From: Octopus vulgaris | Taxonomy: Eukaryota | Assembly (NCBI GenBank): GCA_951406725.2 | Contig: OX597827.1 | Span: 20,894,001-20,958,000, forward strand | Direction of reading: 5' to 3' | DNA: 64,000 nt | In this document: in pieces, positions 50,784 to 61,779 of the stretch | How the letters are laid out: each line of letters starts with the position of its first letter | Position numbering within the stretch: the first letter of the stretch is position 1 | The notes under the pieces: generated by a model | Told to the model about the DNA's origin: nothing | The model's database searches: none | What the model saw: only the letters and a program-made list of their open reading frames with translations | Translations under genes and position numbers: made by a program

Positions 50784-53700
50784 ATTTGTGTGTGTGTGTG
50801 TGTATTTGTGTTTGTGTATATGTGTGTGTGTGTGTGTGTATATCTCAATGTAGCTATCTCCCTTACTTAACCTCCTGCCTAACATTTATTTCCTTATTGT
50901 ACATTTTATGACTCAAATGTTTCCCCTCTTATTGTTTTCTTTTATGATATTTTTTTTTTACTTCTTTTCCTGCAGGACTTCCGTTTAGTTTGTCCAAATG
51001 GTGGAACAAAGGAAGTCTCTGAATATGAATCTTGCAACTGGGGTATTGTTCCTTCACACATTGTGATGGCTTCAAGAGCCAAGGCAGATGAGGAACTGAC
51101 AGCATTTAAGGATTTTCTCTCCATAATTGATGGTTATTTTGGTGCAAATTCTAACACTTTCAAGTTATATAGTTCCAACCAGTATGACAAATATGCAGAA
51201 CGTAACCTCCTCTTTACTGATGGAACTGTTGGACTTGAAGAATTGCAGTTGGATAATTCTTACTATTCTTGGGTTGGTAAGTAACTACAGCCAGTTCTTC
51301 GACTAACATTCTTTGATGTAGATATTGAATCACATTTTATGGATTTGACATGATGTCCAAATGGATCTGGCAGTTTGATCAATTGACCCTTGTCTAAATC
51401 TTTCATGAAATATTAGAATATCGATCTCTTGATAATCCACCCTAACCCAAAACTGCACCTTAGAATATCGATCTCTTGATAATCCACCCTAACCCAAAAC
51501 TGCCCCTAATTCGATGATATAAAGTTTGCTTCAAAGTGATCTGTATTAAAAAATTTATCAAAATTTCATGTTGATTTAAATTTCAAACACTGCATTAATA
51601 ACAAAGTTGTTTTACTAAATTCCTCATTATTTTCAAAACTAATTGACAAACGTAAAAGTCTGTATTTATATTTTTACAGACATATGGTACCAAAAAGGTT
51701 AAGATTAGCAACTTTGCTTTGGTGTTCTACACCAGATGGAGCCATATGTCAGTGTGGATCTAGTTTTAAAAATGTCAGCTATTTTCTATTGCTGACCATT
51801 AAACAGGGAGGCGGAAGTACTTAACCCTTTCGTTACCAACCCGGCTGAAACTGGCTCTGGCTTTTTAGTATAAATGTCTTGTTTTCATAAGTTTTGAATT
51901 CAAATCTTCCACCAAATCTTAGTCACAATTTATGTTCCTAACACTAGCTTAATGATAACGATGTTATTTTACTAAATTCTTTGTTATATTTAAAATAATT
52001 GGAAGAAGCACAGAGCATCTCAAAATAAATACAGTAATGAAAGGGTTAATGGCTATTTACATGTGAGAAAATGGATTCCTCAAAGTTTTCCATGTACTCA
52101 GGATCTGATGGCTGCTTGTCCATCACTTTCAAACTGGCAGCGACTGTGCTCTGCTTAGAAGGGTGTGGGTAAGAAGGGAGGGATTTAAGAGATTTTGGTG
52201 GAACTAGTAAGGAATGGCTAATTATTGAGTAACTGGTTGGTGCAATGTCTGTTTTTATTCTATCGATAAATACTTTTTTTCTTCTGTTCTGAGACAGTTA
52301 ACATTAGTGAGTTTGGTTATTTTTTTGTGTTAAGCTCTGAAGATTACAAGAAAAGTTTGGACATGAGAGAATTTAACCTTTTGTTACTGTATTTATTTTG
52401 AGATGTGTTTCTTTCAATTACTTTAAATATAACAAAGAATTTAGTAAAATAACTTAGTTATCATTCAGCTAGTGTTGGGAACATAATTGTGACTAAGGTT
52501 TAGTGGAAGATTTTAATTCAAAACTCATGAAAACAAGACATTTGTGCACAGAGCCAAAGCTGGTTTCAGCCAGGTTGGTAATGAAAGGGTTAACATTGTT
52601 ACAACATGACTTGTTTGAAAGAAAAAAGATTTGGTTCCTGTGATTGAAACTCTTTCTTTCTCCCTCTCTCTCTCTCTCCTTACCCCCTCTCTCCCTCCCT
52701 CTCTCTTTCCAAATTAGTCCTAACCCCCTGATCAGGATGCTAGTGATACTGATGGAGTTTGTCTTTACAGGAACTGAATACATTAAAAGTGTGAATCTAC
52801 TCAACAAATGCCCTTTGTCCGTTGCCCGATGGTGTGTGACCTCTCTTCCAGAGAAGATGAAATGTGAGGATTTTATGATGTCATTAAAGGCCAAGAACAT
52901 CTTCCCTGAACTTGACTGCATTCTGGCAGAGAGTGCCATAGGTTGCATGGAGCTCATTGCAGAGGGAGTTGCTGACCTGGTTACACTTGATGCGGGAGAT
53001 GTTTATACAGCTGGCAGGTATGCTGATGACTTTAATTAAGATAATTGATTAAGATATTTAACAAACCTCAAAATGTCATCACATTTCATATTTTTACACA
53101 AATGACAGAAATGAATTAAATGTACAAGTGAAGAGCAATAAAAAAAAAATAAAACTCTGATACAAGCTACACCTAAGACCCAGTTTTCAGTCATAGTATA
53201 ATGTTAATAATAATAATAATTTTCATGGAATAGGGACTGGATTTCTGTGATTCTAGATTTTAATCCAAAGCTAATGGGATAAGGTAAATAGTTTAGCAGG
53301 AGGATTAATAAATCGCTGATCCAATTTCACAGCAGGTTGAGCTGATTTCAACAAGTCACAGCTGAGTTCTAAACAGCCAACCCATTGGCAACACGCCAAG
53401 ATGATAAATTCTAAAAGGCTTATCATATGCATATATATGTATATGTTTGTGTGTGTATGCATATGCATATATATATATGTATGCATATATATGCATTTAT
53501 ATATATATATGTATGCATATATATGTATATGTATGTATATATGTATGCATGTATTTGCATGTATCATCATTGTTTAACGTCCGCTTTCCATGCTAGCATG
53601 GGTTGGATGATTTGACTTAGGGCTGGCGAACCAGATGGCCGCACCAGGCTCCAATCTTGATCTGGCAGAGTTTCTACAGCTGGATGCCCTTCCTAACACC

Positions 53701-53891
53701 AATCACTCCGAGAGTGTAGTGGTTGCTTTTACATGCCACCAGCACGAGGGCCAGCTAGGCAGTACTGGTGATGGCCACGCTCAAATGGTCTTTTTCATGT
53801 ACCACCTGTACAGAAGCCAGTATATGTATGTATATATATGCATGTATATGTATAAATATGCATGTGTATATGTATATGCATGTATATATAC

Positions 53892-53982
<91 letters not shown>

Positions 53983-54140
53983 TATAGATGTGGCTGTGTG
54001 CTAAGAAGCTGGCTTCACAACTTCATGGTTCCAGGTTCAGTCCCACTGCGTGGCACCTTGGGCAAGTGTCTTCTACTATAGACTTGTGCTGACCAAAGCA
54101 ATGTGAGTGGATTTGGTTGACAGAAACTGAAAGAAGCCTG

Positions 54141-54183
<43 letters not shown>

Positions 54184-54476
54184 AATATACTGGAGTAAGC
54201 ACATGAATGCAAAACAGGATGGTAAAAATAGTACTCGAATACCAGAGGATAGAGTAATATGCTTTTTAATGAAGTATGTATGTATATATTTATGTGTCTG
54301 TGTTTGTGTCCCCCAACCCCATCGTTTGACAACTGATGTTGGTGTGTCTATGTCCTTATAACTATATAGCGGTTCGCCTAACAAAGAATAAGTCCAAGGG
54401 TTGATTTCTTCAACTAATAGGTTGTGCTCCAGCATGGCCAAACTCAAATGATTGAAACAAGTAAAAGAGTAAAAAA

Positions 54477-54554
<78 letters not shown>

Positions 54555-54793
54555 AATTGAGATAGGGGTTGTAAATACATAAATGTTTAATAAAGTATGT
54601 GATTGAGTATTATCTGGTAATTGATATTTGATTTAGATGTATTTCTCCATTTTCTTATCTTGTATATATATATATATATATATATATTAGAAGAAATGAG
54701 GTACTCAGAAACTTGGGTGATTTATATTTACTGATATTTATTTGTATATTACATTTTTTATATATATCATATAATTTAGATCATGCTTTCTGC

Positions 54794-54824
<31 letters not shown>

Positions 54825-57800
54825 GGCGCCGGAGTGGGTGTGTGGTAAGTAGCTTGCTAACCAACCACATGGTTCCAGGTTCAGTCCCACTGCGTGGCAT
54901 CTTGGGCAAGTGTCTTCTGCTATAGCCCCAGGCCGACCAATGCCTTGTGAGTGGATTTGGTAGACGGAAACTGAAAGAAGCCTGTCGTATATATATATGT
55001 ATGTATGTGTGTGTGTTTGTCCCCCTAGCATTGCTTGACAACCGATGCTGGTGTGTTTACGTCCCCTTTACTTTGCGGTTCGGCAAAAGAGACCGATAAA
55101 ATAAGTAATGGACTTACAAAGAATAAGTCCCGGGGTCGATTTGCTCGACTAAAGGTGGTGCTCCAGCATGGCCACAGTCAAATGACTGAAACAAGTAAAA
55201 GAGTAAAAAAGAGTAAAAGAGTATATATATATATATATATTAATATTATAGCCTTAGGCCGACCAAAGTCTTGTGAGTGGATTTCGTACATGGAAACTGA
55301 AAGAAGATGGTCGTATATATGTGTATATTTGTGTGTGTCTGTTTTTGTACCCCAAACCTTTGCTTGACAACTGATGTTACTATGTTTGTGTCCACGTAAC
55401 TTAGCAGTTATGCAAAAGACACTGATAAAATAAGTACTAGGCTTACAAAGAGTAAGTTCTGGGGTTGATTTGTTCGACTAAATGCAGTGCTCCAGCATGG
55501 CTACAGTCGCATGACTAAAACAATAAAAAAACTATGCCATTTTAATCCCAAGCAACACCAGGTATCTCTGCTGGTATTTGTGTGTGTGTGTATAATATAT
55601 ATATATTAGATAGATATATAGATAGATATAGATAGATATAGATATATATATCTATAGATATATATATAGATATAGATAGATATAGATATATATATCTATA
55701 GATATATATATATATATAGATATAGATATATATATATATATATAGATAGATAGATAGATATATATATAGGCGCAGGAGTGGCTGTGTGGTAAGTAGCTTG
55801 CTAACCAGCCACATGGTTCTGGGTTCAGTCCCACTGCGTGGCATCTTGGGCAAATGTCTTCTGCTATAGCCTTGGGCCGACCAAAGCCTTGTGAGTGGAT
55901 TTCGTAGACGGAAACTGAAAGAAGCCTGTCATATATATGTATATATAAATGTATGTATGTATTTTGTGTGTCTGTGTTTGTCCCTCTAGCATTGCTTGAC
56001 AACCGATGCTGGTGTGTTTACGTCCCCGTCACTTAGCAGTTCGGCAAAAGAGACTGATAGAATAAGTACTGGGCTTACAAAGAATAAGTCCCGGGGTCGA
56101 TTTGCTCGACTAAAGGCGGTGCTCCAGCATGGCCACAGTCAAATGACTGAAACAAGTAAAAGAGTAAAAAAGAGTAAAAAAGAGTATATATATACACACA
56201 TGCACATTAATACATATAAATACTCATACACACACACACTTTTATATATTTCCAATCAATCAAAGTGGAATGTTTATGTTGTAGACGTTATAACCTGATT
56301 CCAATTGCTGCTGAAGATTATGGTGACATGACCATGTCGTTCCATGTTGTTGCTATTGCGAAAAAGACAGAATCTTTTATGACATTATTTAATATGAAAA
56401 GTGAGTAGAAAAATTCTTTATTATTATTATTATCATCTTTCAGTTTTGCTTCCATTTCTTGCCAAGTGTCTTCCTGACACCTAGGGCAGAGAAACTGGCT
56501 GTACACATAGGTAGGCCATCAAAATAAACACCAGGTTGTTCATTTACAAAGTCATGTGATAGAAAAAAGGGAAGAAAGACAAAAAGGAAAGAAAGAAAAC
56601 AAAGAAAATAAGGGGGTAGAGGAAAGAAAATTCAGAGCGACAATGCTCTTCTCAATACGTGTGACCAGTTACCAGTTAAGACAAGCTTTTGCCCTTCCTG
56701 CATGGATGGTAAGCCAGGGATCATTCTGAAATAATTTTCAGTCCCTGTTTTAATCATTCCAAGTGCTCCTACAACCACTAGTATTGTAACCATCATGAGA
56801 TGCCACATTTTTTTTTTAATTTCAATCAGAAAATCTTTATATTTTCAAAGCTTATCAAATTCTTTTGCCAAGATCTTATGATCACAAGGTATGCTCATGT
56901 CAATCAATAAACAGATTTTCTTGTTTTTGTCTTTCACAACAATATCTGGTTTATTAGCTTTGATGGTCTGGTCTGTATGTACTGGGAAGTCCCAAAGAAT
57001 CGTTACATTTTCTCCCTCAGTTACAGCCTCAGGGTGGTGCTTGTACCATTTGTCAGCAGTTTTGCTTTTATAATACCAACATATTAACCAGTGTAGATAT
57101 TGGCCAACTCTATCGTGTCTGGATTTATATTCTACTGGTGCTGAAACTTTCCAGAGATTAGGTGGTCCACTGTTTCAGTCTCATCGTTTCGGTATTGGCA
57201 CTTTGGGTCTACTCCATTTTTTTGTCACATTTGCTTTGTAGTTCTGGGTCAATAAGCTCTAATCTTGAGCAGCTAAGATAAAGCCTTTATTCTCTGATTT
57301 TTAGCCCAGAATTCCATAGCCACTGATGAGTGTGCTTCTGGTCTACATCAGCCTGTTTGCTACTGGCCACATATCTGCCATGCAGAGGATTTTGTTCCTG
57401 CCCATCAGCCAATTGTTCAAACGTTTTTTGCTTTGCCTTTGATTTCACCTTGCAACTAGAGTTGCTGCACTTCCATTATGTTGTTCAATCTAAGATATGC
57501 ATGAACTCATTGGTAAATTTTTTGCTCTCCTTCATAACAGAATGAAGCTTGTTACATCTCTTGTGGTTTTCAATGAGCTTTAGCATCCAGTCGTTAGTTG
57601 TTTCAAGATATTTTGCCAGTCCAATTGTGATGGTTTTGTAAGAGATTTCAAATTGGATCAGGCCTCAACCGATATCATCACTGAGAGCTTTTCACAGTTT
57701 GTGGCAACAAGCTGGTAGAATTGTTAGCATGCCAGGCAAAATGCTTAGCAGTGTTTCGCCCGTCTTTACATTCAGAGTTCAGATTCCACCCTGGTCAACT

Positions 57801-60800
57801 TTGCTTTTTATCCTTTGGGGGATGGGGGGGTCGATAAAATTAGTACCAGTTGAGTCTCTGGGTCAGTGTAACTGCTCCCCTCAAGATTTCAGAATGGATT
57901 ATTATTATTACTATTATGGATTGCTATTGATATTATTATCACAGATGGTGAAGCAGCAGAAAGTGCATCACTCTCCCGAATTCTTGTGCAAAAGATTGTT
58001 CCCCCTATGCACCCCACTCCACTTCAGTTCAGACCCCATTCATTTTGCCTGTCATTGTTGTTGCATCATCCATAAAGTAACTACAGACCCTCTCTTAAAT
58101 GTGCTTGGCCACCAATTGTCATAATAATAAAGATGGGGGTTTCAAAGTTTGGTGAAGGGCCTGTCATTTCAGGGAGGGGATTTAGGTGGACTACATCAAC
58201 ACCAGTGTTCAACTGCTACTTATTTTATCAACCCCGAAAGGATGAAAGTCAAATTATTATTGTTGTTGTTGTTGTTGTTATTATTATTATTATTCCTCTT
58301 CATCATCATCATTATAATCATCTTCATCAGCAGCAGCATCATTATGATCATTATGTCTGTATGTGATTTGCTCTATTTGCTCTGTTTTTTTTTAATGTTT
58401 TTAATTATTCCCTTTTTTCTTTGGCAGAAAAACGAGCCTGTCAAGCAGGGGTCGGACGAGGGGACGGATGGATCATACCGCTTGGTGTGTACATAGACAC
58501 AGAGCAATTCATTCCTGAAAAGTGTAATGCTTTCAGGAATATTGGTGAGTAATGAGTTGGAGAGAGGTGAGTGGAGGTGAGACTCTTCAAAAGATAATCT
58601 GGATTATCCAAGAGGAGGATTTCATTTTACATCTCGCCCTGTCACCCCTCTTCATGTTTCAATATTAATATTCGTAATTTTGACAAACAATTATGTGATT
58701 GTTAGCCATTATAATTATCATCATCATCATCATTTGATGTCTGTTTTCCATGCTGGCATGGGTTGGACCGTTTAAGGCACAGCTTGCAAAGCAGGGGCCT
58801 GTACCAAGCTTCATTGTCTGTTTTGTCCTGATTTCCATTGCTGGGTGCCCTTCCTAATGCCAACTTTACAGCATGGACTGGGTACTTTCTATGTGGTACT
58901 ATCACCTACAGGGAGACCAAGTACCTTGCGAGGAAAAAAAAAAAAAGCAAAGACCATTGAATTGGGAGGTGGAAGTCGTATTGGGTGGGGAGTGGCTTCA
59001 TGTCAGTTGAGAGGTTAAAGGTACAGAGGGACCGAGATAAATTTCTTGTTCTAATATCATATCTAATATGATATTGTGACTGTTGACATCTTTACTGTTT
59101 GATATCATCATTATCATCATTTAACATGTGTTTTTCTATGCTAGTGTGGGATGGATTGTTTGTCAGGATTCAATGAGTCCCAGGACTGCATCATGCACCA
59201 GTGCCAACTTTGGCATGGTTTCTCTGCTTGAGGACCTTACCTAATGTCAATTACTTTACAGAGAGTATCCTGGGTGCTTTTCTTTGTGGCACCAGCATTA
59301 GTGAGGTTGCCAAGTCGCTTTGAAAACTAGGATCATCAACTGAGTGGGGCTACAATAGAATGACGGAGGCTTTATGCTAGGAGATGAAAGAAAGGACCAG
59401 AGCAGAACAGGTTTCTTGTTGTAGAAGAGATATTCAATTTATAAAAAGTAGATGGGAATAACTGGGCTGCAGCTTTATTTTCTCTATTGATAAAAAAAAG
59501 ATTTTAAGATACACTGTATCACTAGCATTTTAACTTCCATTTTGTCCCTGTTGGCTTCAGTTTGATGAGTTTATAATCTCAGTAGAGCTTCTGCCATCTT
59601 GGCTCCTTGTCTTTTGTGGCAGGATTCAGTGTCCTCTCATCTAATCTTGCTGTAGATCTATTTTGATAAATATTGATTGGACTCTAATTAGGATAATCAT
59701 TATTGTTTTAATCTCTACTTTTCCAAGCTTGCACTGGTCAGACAAGAGTACGATTAGGCAAAGTTTTCTCTGGTCAGTTGTGCTTCGCATTGCCAACCCC
59801 GTCGTCTCCAAGTGATGTAATAATCTCCCATTCTGTTGAACAACAAACAGTCCAGATATGTTTTATGCTGGGAACTGGACACGGACAACACTGAGGAGCT
59901 TTTTGTTTACAAAACAGCAAACATGAAGGAAACACACATTCATAAGAAGGGCTTCTTTCAGTTTTGTCCACCAAATCCACTCTCAAGGGGCTTTGGTTGG
60001 CTCCAGGGCCAATAGTTGAAGACATGGGCCATTGATGGTATGCAATGGAACTGAACCAGAGACCATGTAGTTTGGAAGCAGACTTCTCAACCACAAAGCC
60101 ATACCTTCATTTTAGTGATCTTTGTAGATTATCCAGGACACAACAGATTTTTCTCACTGTAGATTATCCTATAGAAACTTACATTTAGTTTTTGCTTTAG
60201 CCAAGAATTTACCCAAGCCATGTCTAACTTAATAGCACCACCAGACAGAATCTGTTTAGTAATCTTTAAGCCAAGTTTTGTGGTAGATATCTCAGTTAAT
60301 TCTGTGCTCTTTCCAGCTCCAAGTAACCAGAATGGCCACATTTTCCCCTTTTCATTAGCACTAAACCCATTCTCATACACATCCATCACAGTAAAATGCC
60401 AATCTGTACTCACAGGTGTTCATTGCTAAACAATGTACAATATTGTGTTTTCAGGAGAGTTGTTTATCCGGGCCTGTATCCCTGGTGCCTTAGACAAGGA
60501 GTACAATTCAGAGGGAACATCTATCAGTTTGTGTGAAGCCTGTGGTGCTGAAGGTTTCCGAAAGTGTCAGAGGAACAGTGAAGAACAGTATTATGGTGCA
60601 AACGGCGCTTTCCGTTGTCTCGTTGAGTGTGAGTATTAATTTTGAAATAAAGCTAAATGCTGTACATAAGAATGGTAGAGGAACTGAATGCACTGGGTGT
60701 CTAAAAGAAAGAAGATTGTCAGCTAAGGATGATGATGAGGCGTTTTGAACGAGGGAGGGATTGCATGGAGTTCCTGACTCACGAATTAACTTCTTGATTG

Positions 60801-61779
60801 ACACCTGTCAAAGGCAGGAGAGAGAGAGAAAGAGTTGGCAGCAGCATCTATTAAGGTGTGGTTTATAGAGTGATTGACAGCTGTCATTTGGTTGAGAGAG
60901 TACAAAAGCAGGAGAGAGAAAGGTGTGGTTTACAGAGTGATTGACAGCTATCATTTGGTTGAGAGAGTACAAAGGCAGGAGAGAGAAAGGTGTGGTTTAC
61001 AGAGTGATTGACAGCTATCATTTGGTTGAGAGAGTACAAAGGCAGGAGAGAGAAAGGTGTGGTTTATAGAGTGATTGACAGCTTTTCTTTGAAGGATTGT
61101 GGGAGTGAATAAAGGGGAGTGTTGTAATTAACTCTATGGCTCTGTCATAGAATGCAATTCCAATATTATTCTTATTTGAAGAGTCACATTTACTAGAATG
61201 GTTAATGGGTTAAGTGTGAGTAAGGACATGTTCGTTGGTAAAGTGGAGCCAACCAAGAGAGAATAAAGTTTTTAAAACAAGAATAAACAATGGTTGTTTC
61301 TCTGATTTCTGATCAACTGTTAAAATTCTGTTGAAAATTTTCCCACTCAAAAACCCAGTTGTAGAACAGAAAGGAATTGGATTAGAGGTTTTTTTATTTA
61401 TTTATTTAGAGTTCCTCTCTTCCTTCAAAATGAATGTAAACAAGGTTAGTATGGCTCAATCAGACCAGCTTCCTGTGCAGTCCCATGGTGGTACTGTGTT
61501 TTACGGAAAGTATGGAGTTCATTATGGGTTCTCATTAGTCGCCTCTGATTGATGAATTACTTTGATTTTTGACTTATGTTGCAGCTGGCGGAGATGTGGC
61601 ATTTGTTCGTCACCTGACACCCAGGGATAATACGGATGGGCGGAACCATGCAAAATGGGCGAGGAACCGGCGCTCTGATGACTACGAATTGTTGTGTAAA
61701 GGTGGTGGTCGTGCTAACATTGATGACTGGGAGAAATGCCATCTTGGTAAAGTTCCTGCAAATGCCATTGTTACTGGAA
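33614..61779 (+). CDS. Transferrin-family (melanotransferrin-like) gene, 12 coding exons in window, 3'-incomplete
   Basis: Manually spliced exons: 33614-33683, 41539-41674, 41838-41959, 44614-44709, 46960-47118, 49284-49468, 50976-51276, 52771-53017, 56285-56400, 58428-58544, 60455-60628, 61585-61779. All introns are GT-AG with matching phases and no stops over 1918 nt. Signal peptide plus two transferrin lobes (VRWC..., ADxxxLD, GAFRCL, GDVAFV, CHLGKVP). NTDGRN...WA...RSDDYELLC resembles the melanotransferrin C-lobe. Confidence 0.95.
34550..34637. mobile_element. 88-bp hairpin MITE, GG..CC ends, 8-bp TSD GTGACTTG
   Basis: 39-bp imperfect inverted arms around a GTTAGGGTTA loop; TSD at 34542-34549 and 34638-34645. 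Confidence 0.85.
35894..36218 (-). repeat. 3' LTR
   Basis: TGTAG...CTACA termini; adjacent PPT gaaggggagcct on the minus strand (36219-36230); about 96% identical to 40752-41077. Confidence 0.95.
36448..39344 (-). pseudogene. pol: pol (protease, RT, RNase H, integrase), frameshifted
   Basis: Protease FMVDTGS; [11 protein letters not shown] and [11 protein letters not shown] (YVDD to YVDE); RNase [12 protein letters not shown]...ELLAIY; integrase H-x3-[29 protein letters not shown]. Split over several frames. Confidence 0.93.
39335..40066 (-). pseudogene. gag: gag with one in-frame TGA at 39776-39778
   Basis: ORFs 39776-40066 and 39335-39769 share a frame; [11 protein letters not shown]-terminus and [18 protein letters not shown] (CHCC) knuckle. 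Confidence 0.9.
40740..40749 (-). promoter_or_regulatory. Primer-binding site TGGTGACCCC (tRNA-Trp 3' end complement)
   Basis: 2 nt inside the 5' LTR boundary; complementary to ...GGGGUCACCA. Confidence 0.85.
40752..41077 (-). repeat. 5' LTR
   Basis: TGTAG...CTACA termini, followed on the minus strand by the PBS. Confidence 0.95.
41539..41674 (+). CDS. Transferrin-like exon 2 ([20 protein letters not shown]...KCLLMFD)
   Basis: ttgcag acceptor, gtaagt donor, VRWC lobe-start motif. Confidence 0.92.
41838..41959 (+). CDS. Transferrin-like exon 3 ([20 protein letters not shown]...PIMAEKYS)
   Basis: ttttag/gtgagt boundaries; ADxxxLD motif carrying the Asp ligand. Confidence 0.93.
43250..43845 (-). 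mobile_element. RTE-clade LINE 3' fragment
   Basis: ORF 43509-43829 (LHGSEAW...RRLCWYGHV...RRGKPRKTW) followed by a 3' UTR shared with many (CAT)n-tailed copies in the window. Confidence 0.85.
44614..44709 (+). CDS. Transferrin-like exon 4 ([31 protein letters not shown])
   Basis: tttcag/gtaaga boundaries; aligns to YYAVAVV...LKGKKSCH. Confidence 0.9.
45485..46263. mobile_element. 779-bp fold-back MITE of the same family as 32090-32507, in intron 4
   Basis: GGATCTTTTCC...GGAAAAGATCC ends, TSD AGATTTGA/AGATTTGC; the two halves are inverted copies. Confidence 0.9.
46663..46888 (+). mobile_element. SINE family A
   Basis: Same consensus on the + strand. Confidence 0.85.
46960..47118 (+). CDS. 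Transferrin-like exon 5 ([12 protein letters not shown]...FFGGMCLPG...NPF)
   Basis: atcag/gtaagt boundaries; AGWxxP and FFxxxCxPG motifs. Confidence 0.92.
47618..47995 (+). mobile_element. SINE family B
   Basis: Full-length match. Confidence 0.85.
48332..48963. repeat. 35-bp minisatellite, 18 copies (GGGGTCTCCTCATCCAGTTCCAACAGTGAGCCTTA), intron 5
   Basis: Head-to-tail units with no spacers and few variants. Confidence 0.97.
49284..49468 (+). CDS. Transferrin-like exon 6 ([10 protein letters not shown]...[12 protein letters not shown]...GDMAFL)
   Basis: tgcag/gtaagt boundaries; GYxGAFRCL motif. Confidence 0.95.
49845..50064 (-). mobile_element. SINE family A next to a family B head (49676-49840)
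   Basis: Same consensus. Confidence 0.85.
50976..51276 (+). CDS. Transferrin-like exon 7 (DFRLVCPNG...[12 protein letters not shown]...RNLLFTDGT...SWV)
   Basis: Polypyrimidine tract plus cag, gtaagt donor; VPSH His ligand and LLFxD motif. Confidence 0.95.
51413..51506. repeat. 47-bp tandem duplication
   Basis: TTAGAATATCGATCTCTTGATAATCCACCCTAACCCAAAACTGC twice. Confidence 0.9.
51821..52049. mobile_element. TTAA-flanked piggyBac-type MITE
   Basis: TTAA-CCCTTTCGTTAC...GTAATGAAAGGG-TTAA. Confidence 0.8.
52373..52593. mobile_element. Second copy of the TTAA MITE, inverted relative to 51821-52049
   Basis: TTAA-CCTTTTGTTAC...GTAATGAAAGGG-TTAA; the interior is the reverse complement of the first copy. 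Confidence 0.8.
52771..53017 (+). CDS. Transferrin-like exon 8 (linker and lobe 2 start, ARWCVTS...[15 protein letters not shown])
   Basis: ttacag/gtatgc boundaries; second RWC and LDAG motifs. Confidence 0.95.
53988..56185 (+). mobile_element. Cluster of four co-oriented family B SINEs (53988-54473, 54823-55222, 55250-55530, 55768-56185) in intron 8
   Basis: Repeated head/core/tail consensus separated by (TA)n. Confidence 0.85.
56285..56400 (+). CDS. Transferrin-like exon 9 ([27 protein letters not shown]...NMK)
   Basis: ttgtag/gtgagt boundaries; LxPIxxExY motif; phases 2/1 fit the neighbouring exons. Confidence 0.9.
56740..57690 (-). mobile_element. R4/Dong-like non-LTR retrotransposon remnant with restriction-like endonuclease, intron 9
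   Basis: Minus-strand [40 protein letters not shown] (PD..D motif), preceded by [11 protein letters not shown]. Confidence 0.8.
58428..58544 (+). CDS. Transferrin-like exon 10 ([19 protein letters not shown]...CNAFRNI)
   Basis: Pyrimidine tract plus ggcag, gtgagt donor; aligns to KSCHTGxGRxAGWNIP. Confidence 0.9.
60455..60628 (+). CDS. Transferrin-like exon 11 ([11 protein letters not shown]...SLCEAC...[15 protein letters not shown])
   Basis: tttcag/gtgagt boundaries; CxPG, LCxxC and GAFRCLVE motifs. Confidence 0.95.
60853..61083. repeat. 67-bp tandem repeat, ~3.5 copies, intron 11
   Basis: AAGGTGTGG recurs at 60853, 60920, 60987 and 61054. Confidence 0.95.
61585..61779 (+). CDS. Transferrin-like exon 12 (GGDVAFVRH...DYELLC...[14 protein letters not shown])
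   Basis: ttgcag/gtaagt boundaries; GDVAFV and DYELLC motifs. Confidence 0.95.

Noticed and set aside
58428-58544. Suspected frameshift in transferrin exon 10
   Set aside because: On recount the frame CGA GGG GAC GGA TGG (RGDGW) is intact; the ORF track shows a different frame.
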